Made by a program: the position numbers and the translations under genes
Part shown: piece by piece, positions 1-8,600 of the stretch
Layout: each line of letters begins with the position of its first letter
How positions within the stretch are numbered: the first letter of the stretch is position 1
The notes under the pieces: model-generated
Seen by the model: only the letters and a program-made list of their open reading frames with translations
Databases searched by the model: none
Told to the model about the DNA's origin: nothing
Assembly: GCA_016789495.1 (NCBI GenBank)
Contig: JAEUOJ010000201.1
Coordinates: 8,787 to 72,786 of the forward strand
Origin: Accumulibacter sp.
GTDB lineage: Bacteria; Pseudomonadota; Gammaproteobacteria; Burkholderiales; Rhodocyclaceae
Direction: 5' to 3'
Length of the DNA stretch: 64,000 nucleotides

Positions 1-1063
1 TGCCGACGACGCCGGCCACCACCGGACCGGTTCCGATGCCGATACGCACTTCGACGTGCCGCTCATTGACCTGAAAATCGTGCTGTAGCACCTCGACGAT
101 CTCCAGGGACATTTCGGCAAGGCGCTCGGAGTAATCGTTGCGGTTGTCGTTCAAGCCACCAGCGACCATGTACGCATCACCGATGGTCTTGATTTTTTCC
201 AGCCCGTATTTTTCAGCCAGCTCGTCAAAGCAGGAAAAAATCTTGTTGAGCATCGCAAACACCTGTTTTGGCGGCAGTCCTTCAGCCAGTTTGGTGAAAT
301 TGACGATATCGGCGAACATCACCGACACTTCCGCGAAACCATCGGCGATCGGTTGCTTGCTGTTTTTGAGGCGCTCGGCGATCGGTGCCGGCAAAATGTT
401 GAGCAATAATTTTTCCGATCGATCCTGTTCGTCCTGCAGCAGACGGTGCGCCTCCTGCAAGTGCTCTTGCGCTTTGTGTTTTTCGTTATCGGAGTAGCGG
501 AGCAGCAGGTAAACGATGATCGATACCGAAACGAAATTCAGCGCAAAAAACAGCGCGGCGGTCTGCGACGTCACTTTCTGTTTTTGCATCAGCAAGGTAT
601 CAGGAAGGTAATAATCGAAAAATCCAGAGAGAACGGTCAGAAAGACGTAGGCGAAAAACCAGGGCGTGGACGCTCGCGGACCAATGAACAACACCGCCCC
701 GATCGGCGCGAGCAGCGCCCACAGGCTGATGCCACTGGCGGTGATGAAACTGCCGATGCTCCATTGAGCGACGAAGGGGGTGAACAAGAACAGAGACAAT
801 TGAAAAATTCGGAACACGTGAAAATTCAACGTCTTGAAATAAAACAACATGTTGCCGACCAGCAACAACTGCAGGATGAAAGGCAGGTTGGATGAGAAAG
901 GCAAACCGAGCAGCCAGTAGATCGACAACCACAACACCGACGCCAGGCAAATCAAGCCGGTGGCAAAAATCAACAGCGATTTCTGCAGTCGCAATTCCTC
1001 CGAGTCGGCCGGCGAGATTCCCGCTTGACGGAGACGTTCGAAGAAGGTTGACCCGCTGTTCAT
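1..1063 (-). CDS. Membrane-anchored class III adenylate/guanylate cyclase (runs off the left window edge)
   Basis: Not in the ORF track; translated by hand from ATG at 1063: MNSGSTFFERLRQ..., several hydrophobic helices, then SEKLLLNILPAPIAERLK, VSVMFADIVNFT, EKIKTIGDAYMVAGG, VRIGIGTGPVVAGVVG. Lys in KIKTIGD favours ATP specificity. Confidence 0.92.
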   Translation of the reverse strand, partial: MNSGSTFFERLRQAGISPADSEELRLQKSLLIFATGLICLASVLWLSIYWLLGLPFSSNLPFILQLLLVGNMLFYFKTLNFHVFRIFQLSLFLFTPFVAQWSIGSFITASGISLWALLAPIGAVLFIGPRASTPWFFAYVFLTVLSGFFDYYLPDTLLMQKQKVTSQTAALFFALNFVSVSIIVYLLLRYSDNEKHKAQEHLQEAHRLLQDEQDRSEKLLLNILPAPIAERLKNSKQPIADGFAEVSVMFADIVNFTKLAEGLPPKQVFAMLNKIFSCFDELAEKYGLEKIKTIGDAYMVAGGLNDNRNDYSERLAEMSLEIVEVLQHDFQVNERHVEVRIGIGTGPVVAGVVG

Positions 1064-2559
1064 CGGGGCGGATGGCGATGCAGCGGTTCGACATGGTGCG
1101 TTTGCGCCGCGGCATGGTGATGAAGTCGCGCGTGCGGGTCGGCGGTTGGTGCCGCCAGACCGATGCGTTGCGGCAGCAGCGAACCGACAACCATCGCGCC
1201 CAGGCTGATGCCGAAGCCGATCAGTTGTGGCGGGATCAACGGCTCGGCCACCAACCCTTCGATCAGTAGCCAGCTGCCGACGCCGCCGACGATCGCCGCC
1301 AGCGCGCCCTGCGTCGTCGCACGCTTCCAGAAGGCACCAAGGAACAAGGGGACAAACGCGCCGGCCAAGGTGATCTTGTAGGAGTTCTCGACCATCTTGA
1401 AAATCGAGGCGTCCGAGTTGAGCGCGAAGAGCAGCACGACCAGGGTAAAACCGACCAGTGTCAGACGCATCACGCGCAGGAAAGCGTGATCGCCGAGCCG
1501 CGGCAACAGGTTGCGGACAATGTTTTCCGAGAAGGCGACCGACGGCGCGAGCAGCGTCGCCGACGAGCAACTCATGATCGCCGACAACACGGCGCCGAAG
1601 AAGATCGCCTGTGCGAAAACCGGCGTGTGCTCGAGGACCAGCATCGGCAGCACCCGTTGCGAATCGCTGGCGATCAGGGCATTGAATCGCTGCGGATCGA
1701 TCAGGGTCGCCGAATAGGCGATGAACATCGGGATGAAAGTGAAGCAGAAGTAGAGCGCCGCGCCGATCAGCGAGGCGTAGAGGGCGACACGGGCGCTTTT
1801 CGCCGAGGTGACCCGCTGGAAGACGTCTTGTTGCGGCACCGAGCCAAGCATCATTGTCACCCAGGCGGCAATGAACGGCAGCCATTCGATCACGCCGCCT
1901 TGCGGGAAAAAGTCGAGTTTACCGGCGGCAGCGGCGTGGTTGACGACGATATCGACTCCGCCGGTCAGCCCGGCGACCACCTGGCCGATATAAAGCATGC
2001 CGCCCATGATCACGCCGAGTTGCACGAAATCGAGTATCGCCACCGACAGCATGCCACCAAAGGTGGTGTAGGTGAGCACGATCAGGGCACCGATGACCAT
2101 GCCGACAGGCGTAGACACCACGTCCTGGGTGACGATGTTGAAGATCAGTCCGAGCGCTTTGATCTGTGCCGAGACCCAGCCGAGGTACGAGGTGACGATG
2201 CACAAGGTGGTCAGCACTTCGACGGTGCGATTGAAACGCAGGCGGAAATAGTCGCCAAGGGTCAGGATGTTGAGTTTGTAGAGCATGCCGCCATAAAAAA
2301 GGCCGGCGATCACCAGACACAAGCTGGCGCCGAAAGGGTCGGCGACCACCCCGCGCAGTCCTTCCTTGACGAAGGTGGCGGAGACGCCGAAAACCGCTTC
2401 CGCGCCAAACCAGGTGGCGAAAACGGTGGCCGCGACGACCGGCAGCGGTAACGAACGGCCAGCGACGGCGAAATCCTTGCTGTTGTGTACCCGGGTGGCA
2501 ACGAACAGACCGATGCCAATCGATGCAAACAGGTAAATGACGACGAACCAAATCAGCAT
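1060..2559 (-). CDS. Sodium:solute symporter (SSS/SLC5) family transporter
   Basis: 499 aa, many TM helices, DFAVAGRSLP, TLGDYFRLRF, YTTFGGMLSVAILDFVQ, QDVFQRVTSAKS. Its stop overlaps the cyclase start (ATGA). Confidence 0.92.
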   Translation of the reverse strand: MLIWFVVIYLFASIGIGLFVATRVHNSKDFAVAGRSLPLPVVAATVFATWFGAEAVFGVSATFVKEGLRGVVADPFGASLCLVIAGLFYGGMLYKLNILTLGDYFRLRFNRTVEVLTTLCIVTSYLGWVSAQIKALGLIFNIVTQDVVSTPVGMVIGALIVLTYTTFGGMLSVAILDFVQLGVIMGGMLYIGQVVAGLTGGVDIVVNHAAAAGKLDFFPQGGVIEWLPFIAAWVTMMLGSVPQQDVFQRVTSAKSARVALYASLIGAALYFCFTFIPMFIAYSATLIDPQRFNALIASDSQRVLPMLVLEHTPVFAQAIFFGAVLSAIMSCSSATLLAPSVAFSENIVRNLLPRLGDHAFLRVMRLTLVGFTLVVLLFALNSDASIFKMVENSYKITLAGAFVPLFLGAFWKRATTQGALAAIVGGVGSWLLIEGLVAEPLIPPQLIGFGISLGAMVVGSLLPQRIGLAAPTADPHARLHHHAAAQTHHVEPLHRHPPR

Positions 2560-3141
2560 GAGACAGGCCCTGGGGCGAATGATCGACGGCGACGCGCACC
2601 GACACAGGCGACCGATCAGGCATTATGTCATGCTGACCGGGTGCTGGTGAAGCACCCGGCCGTCGGCCAGGATGATCGCTCAATGCTGATGTCATGTGGC
2701 TTTTGAACCGTGCTTCGTGTCACCCCCGTGTTTGAGTCGATGGCGCGACAACGTAGCCAGTCGATTGGTGCTCGGACACTGGTTTGACTCAGATCCCAGC
2801 TCACAGATCCTTCCATGATCACCTCGTCCTCGTTGGCAAATCCAGGAAGATCGCCAGCATCACCGGCGCGCGCAGCGCCTGACGACCATCCTCAACACCG
2901 AGTTCGGAAGCAGACCTCTTGGGCGGAGGTATTTCATTCCGCCGGAATTAAATGACAATGACGAGTCCCATGACAGCGACACGGATTCCGGCGGTGAATC
3001 CGGTTGCGCTTGAACCTCGTGACGCTTTGTGACAGAGTGTCAGGCACGGGTCGGCGACGGGAGAGCCGCCCGGACCTGCTCTTCGCGTGCCAAGCCGCGA
3101 TGCCTGCGGCCAGCACGGCCCACCGCTGCGAGGATCCGCCG

Positions 3142-3711
3142 ATGCCCAGCCGCCCACCTTATGTTTTCATCTCTTACCGGCACGAGCCGAATACCACCGG
3201 CATCGTCACGCAGTTTTACGATCAATTGCGGATGTATCAGCAGGGTTTCGGCCTCGACGGGGTTTTCCTGGACAAGGATAAGCTGGCCGCCGGCAACGTC
3301 TGGCGCGCCGAAGTGACGGCGGCACTCGAAAGGACCACCCATTTCGTCGCCATGCTGACCAACGGCTATTGGTTGTCCGACGAATGCCACAAGGAGCTGG
3401 CTTACGCCGTCGGCCGCTATCGGTTGGAGGGGCCAGCGGCGATCCGGCTGCTTTTCGTGCAGGTGCAAAAAATCGCTCCCGAATTGCTGGCCTTCGACCA
3501 GCCGGCAGCCGACGCCAACGCCGCCTTCGTCAATGACCAGTTAGGCCAAGCGTTTCCCGCCTTGAAAACGGTCGGCGACCTGCAATTTCTCGGGCCGTTT
3601 GATGATTACGCCCGCTTGATCCGCTTGCCCGCGGAGAACGATCCGCTGCTCGGTGACGCGCTTTTTCAACTGATGATGCGGCTTAAAGCGACTCTGCCGG
3701 CGAAGGAGTGA
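3142..3711 (+). CDS. Stand-alone TIR-domain protein
   Basis: Start chosen at MPSRPPY after AGGA. Motifs YVFISYRH, GVFLDKDKLAAGNVWRAEVTAAL, FVAMLTNGYWLSDECHKEL; the catalytic Glu position is retained. Confidence 0.88.
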   Translation: MPSRPPYVFISYRHEPNTTGIVTQFYDQLRMYQQGFGLDGVFLDKDKLAAGNVWRAEVTAALERTTHFVAMLTNGYWLSDECHKELAYAVGRYRLEGPAAIRLLFVQVQKIAPELLAFDQPAADANAAFVNDQLGQAFPALKTVGDLQFLGPFDDYARLIRLPAENDPLLGDALFQLMMRLKATLPAKE

Positions 3712-3810
3712 CCGTCGGTGAACGATTCACGGCCCACCGTACCACCGCCCGCCCTCTCGAGACGGGCGACGGATCCTTGAACGACCAACGGCTGAGCGTC
3801 GGGAGATAAA

Positions 3811-4476
3811 GTGGGCCGCACCAGCTACCGTGAACGGATCAATGCCGCCTCGGCGAGCGCCGAGGACGACCCGGCACGGCACGCCGTCGATCCGACGCAG
3901 CGGACGATCCGCGCCATCTGGGCCGACGATCCGCTCAGCGTGCCGATCGTGCGCGGCTTTCGCGACAAGTTCGCCGTTTACCCGCGCGACAGCGGCCAGC
4001 GAACACTACACCTGAACGATTTCGACGTCTGTCCGCTGGCCGGCGACGCCAGCCGCGCCGCCCAGGCGAGGACCTTGGCCGATCTGAGCGCCGACGATTT
4101 CGTGCTGGTCTTCTCGGATGCGCTGCAGCAAACGCAGTACGCCAACGCGGTCGGCAACCTGTTCCGCTTTTTCACCCGCGAGGTGCTGGCCCAGGCCGAC
4201 GCGCCGGTCTTCTGGCTCGGTGCGGCGCAGAAAGTGGATACGGAACTGGCGACGATCGGTGACACGCCCCTGAAAGCTTACGGGTGGCAAATCCTTCACC
4301 GTGACCCGCCGGGGCGCTTCCGGCGCGAAAACAGCGTCGAACTCGACGATGATCTGGCCGAAGCGGTGCATAAGGTGCTGCACTTTCGCAAAACCGACCG
4401 TCCGGGCGGCGGGGAAGCGTCTCCGCCGCCCAGTGGCGGCCTGTTCGGCCGCCTGCGCGGTCTTTTTCATTCCTGA
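3811..4476 (+). CDS. Hypothetical protein, possibly a degenerate TIR/flavodoxin-like fold
   Basis: 221 aa, GTG start after GGAGA, 14 nt before moxR. Alternating beta/alpha pattern (TIRAIWADD, DFVLVFSDALQQTQY, PVFWLG). Confidence 0.7.
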   Translation: MGRTSYRERINAASASAEDDPARHAVDPTQRTIRAIWADDPLSVPIVRGFRDKFAVYPRDSGQRTLHLNDFDVCPLAGDASRAAQARTLADLSADDFVLVFSDALQQTQYANAVGNLFRFFTREVLAQADAPVFWLGAAQKVDTELATIGDTPLKAYGWQILHRDPPGRFRRENSVELDDDLAEAVHKVLHFRKTDRPGGGEASPPPSGGLFGRLRGLFHS

Positions 4477-4490
4477 TCGGACGACTGGCG

Positions 4491-5666
4491 ATGACGACTT
4501 TCATCGGTTCCGGCGATTCGACGGCGCTCGGCCGCCGGTTGCCGCCCTGGATCAATTCACGCGGCGAACAGATCGCTGACTTGCGGCATCCGCGACACCC
4601 GGCCGGCTACCTGGCCGATCCGGGACTGGTCGATGCGGTGAACACCGCGCTGATTCTCGGCAAGCCGCTGCTGCTCACGGGTCGGCCGGGCAGCGGCAAG
4701 AGCGAACTCGCCGAACGCATCGCCTGGGAATTCGCTCTCTCGCCGGTGCTGCGCTTCGAAGCGCAATCGCTCAGCGAGGCCCAGGAACTGTTCTACCGCT
4801 TCGATCTGGTCGGCCAGATGGCCGACGCGCAACTCGCCGCCGCCTTGCGTCAGCCGCCGCAACCGCCGGAAGCGTTTCTGACCTTCGGACCACTCGGCAA
4901 GGCGATTCTCCACGCCAACCCGGCGCCGTACGGCGATCTGCTCGACAAGGAGCACCGCGCCGACGCCGCGTTGCCGAAGCCGGCCGGGGCGCCTGCGCCG
5001 GTCGATCCGCCGCCGCCGGCGCGGCGCAGCGTGGTGCTGATCGACGAAATCGACAAGGCGGCGCGCGATGTACCGAACGACCTGCTGAACGGCATCGAGC
5101 GGCTCGAATTCCGCATCCGCGAACTGCGCAACCGGCCGGTGGCGGCGCCCGACGAGCCGACGCTGCGGCCGATCGTGCTGATCACCAGCAACTCCGAGCG
5201 CGACCTGCCCGAACCGTTCCTTCGCCGCTGCGTTTTCCACCACATCGCCGAACCGGACCAGGACAAATTGCGGGAAATCCTCCGCGCGCGGGTCGCCGGC
5301 CTGGATGACCGTGACGATGACGATGGCGCTGGTGTCAGCGACGATGACCGACCCGCCAGCCGGCCGCTGCCGCCATTTTACGAAGCACTGCTGTCGTTCT
5401 TCGTCGCTTTTCGTGACGACCCGGGTGCGCGCACCGCCTACACCCCCGGCACCTCGGAACTGCTCGACTGGACGCGGGTTCTGCGCCAGCTCGGCGCCGA
5501 CGCGCAACGCGATCTGGCCGACAATGCCGCCTGGCTGGCGCGCTCGCTGGGCGCGGTAGTCAAGCACGGCGACGACCTGGCGGTACTGCAACAGGCATTC
5601 ATCCGCCTGCGCAGCCTCGATCTACGCCATCCCGCCGCCGCGCGCCCGGGTTCGCGCGCCGCCTGA
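4491..5666 (+). CDS. MoxR-family AAA+ ATPase
   Basis: PLLLTGRPGSGKSE (Walker A), ELFYRFD, VVLIDEIDKA (Walker B), NDLL, ITSNSERDLPEPFLRRC. Confidence 0.93.
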   Translation: MTTFIGSGDSTALGRRLPPWINSRGEQIADLRHPRHPAGYLADPGLVDAVNTALILGKPLLLTGRPGSGKSELAERIAWEFALSPVLRFEAQSLSEAQELFYRFDLVGQMADAQLAAALRQPPQPPEAFLTFGPLGKAILHANPAPYGDLLDKEHRADAALPKPAGAPAPVDPPPPARRSVVLIDEIDKAARDVPNDLLNGIERLEFRIRELRNRPVAAPDEPTLRPIVLITSNSERDLPEPFLRRCVFHHIAEPDQDKLREILRARVAGLDDRDDDDGAGVSDDDRPASRPLPPFYEALLSFFVAFRDDPGARTAYTPGTSELLDWTRVLRQLGADAQRDLADNAAWLARSLGAVVKHGDDLAVLQQAFIRLRSLDLRHPAAARPGSRAA

Positions 5667-5682
5667 CAAGCCGCGAGTCGCG

Positions 5683-8600
5683 ATGAGCGCCGCCGAAGAA
5701 AGCGCCGTCTTTCGCCGGTTCCCCGGTGGCATCGATTCGCTGGTCGTCTTCCTGCGTCAGCGCGGATTTCGCGTCGGCGCCTCGGAAGCGATCGATGCCG
5801 CTCGGCTGGTCCGCGCGCTGGCGAGTCAGGCGACGGCCGCCAAGCCCGGCGACGACGCCACCTGGCTGGCGCCCAAACTGCGGCCGATCTTTTGCAAGAA
5901 CCGCGACGACCAGCAACGTTTCGATGCCATTTTCAGCGAGTGGGCGCGCGACGGGGTCGGCGGTCCACCGGTCACCCAGGCGCCATCGGCGCCAGCCAAC
6001 CCGCCGCCGGTTACTGGAACCCCGAACCGGCACGGGTACCTGGCACTCGTCATCGCGCTGCTGATCGCGGCATTCTTCCTCTACCGACAGTTCAACACGC
6101 CGCCTTCGCCGCCAACCGGTAGTCAAGCGCCCAGCGTCGCCGCGGCGGCGCCAAGGCCGGCCTCGCCATCGACGCTGGCGGTCGCGCCGACCGCGCCGGC
6201 CAGCGACGGCACCGAGGCGTCCTTCGACGGCGTCTTTCCACAAGTGCGTTATCAAGCGCAATGGCGTCCGTGGGTCGGCGGCGCGCTGCTCGCGGTGTTT
6301 GGTCTGGCGCTGTGCGCTCTGCTGTTGCCGTTCGCCACGCCATGGCTCGGTCACGCGCAACGCAGCGGCCGACCGATCGCCCTAGACGACAGCAGCCTGC
6401 GTCAGGAAGCCGAGCGTATCGTACCGCCGCTAGCCACCGACGTCGCCGCGCGGCTGGCGCGTCATGTCCCCGGCCCGGCCGACAGCGGCCGGCGATTGCA
6501 ACGCCGGCCACCGCTTGACGTCGGTCGGACACTCGAAGCGACACTTCGTCAGCTTGGCATCCTGCGTTTGCGCTATCGCCGGGCCCGCCTGGCTCCATCG
6601 TATCTGCTGCTGGTCGATGGCGACGAACAGAACGACCCGCGCAGCCGCTTGTTCTACCATTGGGCGCAGCGTCTGCAGCGCGAGGGGATCGACGTCGATA
6701 TCCGCCTGGTGCGTCACGACCCGACCACTGGCGGCGTCCATCTGCGCCAGCCGGGAGGCCGCGACGGCGAAGCACTCGATCTGCTGCCGACGCCACCGGT
6801 CGGCCAGCGGCTGATCGTCATCTCCGACGGCACGCTGCTGGTTGACGAGCAGGGCCGGCCACGCGACTGGCTGGCCCGCGCCCGGCTGCACCACTGGCCC
6901 GAGCGCGTGCTCTTCACCCCGCGCGAACCGCGCCGTTGGGACGCTCGCGAAGCGGCGATCGAACGTCCCGAGCGTAGCGCCGACCCCGGTTTCATCGTCC
7001 TGCCGATCGACGAGAACGCGCTCGCCGCCTGGTCCGAACTGATCGTCAGCGGCCAGTTGCCGGATTTCGCGCTCAGCCGGCCGCAGCGTTACCCGCGCCT
7101 GCTGCGCCGCGTCGAGGACGCGGCCGGCGATCAGGCGGAGCAGACGCTGCTGGCCGACACGCCGCCGTTCTCGGCGGCGGAAATCTCGGACCTGATCGCC
7201 CAACTCAAGCTCTACCTCGGCGAGAACGGCTATTACTGGCTGTGCGTCTGCGCGATCCCGCCGATCGTCCGCTGGCAACTGACCTTGTTGCTCGGCGAAC
7301 AATATCTGCGCAACGCCGGTGTCGACGATTCGCAACTGGCGGCGTACATCGCCCGCTATTACGGACGGCTGGCCGGCCTGCCGTGGCTGCGCCGGCAAAA
7401 AATGCCCGACTGGCTGCGGCTGGCGCTGCTCGACAGTCTGCCGACGGCGATTCAGGACGAGCTGCGCCAGGCGGTGCTTGGCCGTCTCGGTCAACTGCAG
7501 CCGGCCGCTGGTGGCGGCGAGACCTTGCACCTCGAAGAACCACCGGGACCGCTGGGGCGTCTGGAAAATGCTGGACGTCCCCTCCGCCTGCCGGGAACCG
7601 CCGATCCGCCGCCGACGGATACCCTGTACCTCGGTTTTCTCGCCGGCTACACGCCGCGGCAACTCATCTTGCGCGCACCGCGCCAGTGGTCGGCGTGGTT
7701 GCCACAACTGCCGAAAACGCGCCGCCGCGGACAGTGGCGCGATCGTCTGTCGGCATGGCGCGACCGCCTGTTCTGGCGCGACGGCCTGGCTTTCCTCGGC
7801 GGTGCGCCACAGCGCGGGCTGTGGTTGGCGTTGACCGTCGCCACCGCAGCCGGCGGGCTGGCCTGGCTCGCTGATCCGGCGAATCTGTCGCCCCGCTGGC
7901 GCCAGGCGGTGTATGTCGACCAGGCGCGGGCCGTCGCCCTGCCGCAACTCGGGCTCACCGGCGAGTTGCTGTACAGCCCGGATGGCCAGCGCCTGCTGAC
8001 GCTTGGCGAACCGCAGCGCGGACAGTTGTGGGACGCCGGCAGCGGCCGGCCGCTGGGCGCGCCGCTGCGCGGTGAACCAGGGAAACTCCAGGCGGCTTTC
8101 AGCGCCGACGGGCGGAGGCTGGTCAGCCGGGTCAACGATCGCCAGCTCGATTTTCGGGACGGGACGACTGGCGATCTGCTCGGTCCGGCGCTAACCTATC
8201 CCGAACCGATCGCGGCGATCGGCTTCAGCCCGGCCGGTCTGCGGGTGGTCACCAGCGGAATCGGCCACGCCACCCGACTGTGGGACGGAGAAAGCGGCCG
8301 GCCGATCGCCGAGTTATTGCCAGAACGGCCAGCCGATGCCGGTGACCTACGGATTCAATTCAACGCCGACGCGTCGCGCCTGCTTGCCGCCAGCCACACA
8401 GAAGGTACGCTCCGGCTGTGGGAGACGACCACCGGCCAGCCAGCTGGCACGGCCAAGCTATCAGATACCTTGCGCGTGCAAGTGTTCTCCCCTGGCTTGC
8501 CAACGACGAGGACTGAATATTCCTTCCAATCAATCGTATTGAGCCCCGACCTGCGATTGATGGCCGTCGTCGTTTTGGGTAACCGCATCCAACTATGGAA

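Noticed and set aside
2690-2800. Guanidine-I (ykkC)-like riboswitch upstream of the SSS gene (minus strand TCCGAG...ACACGG...AAAAGCC)
   Set aside because: Only scattered fragments match; the core and spacing are wrong. An Infernal/Rfam search would settle it.
3004-3141. N-terminal extensions in the ORF track (also starts 10563, 50095, 56516, 60969)
   Set aside because: Downstream ATGs have better RBSs or stop-start overlaps, and several extensions overlap neighbouring genes.
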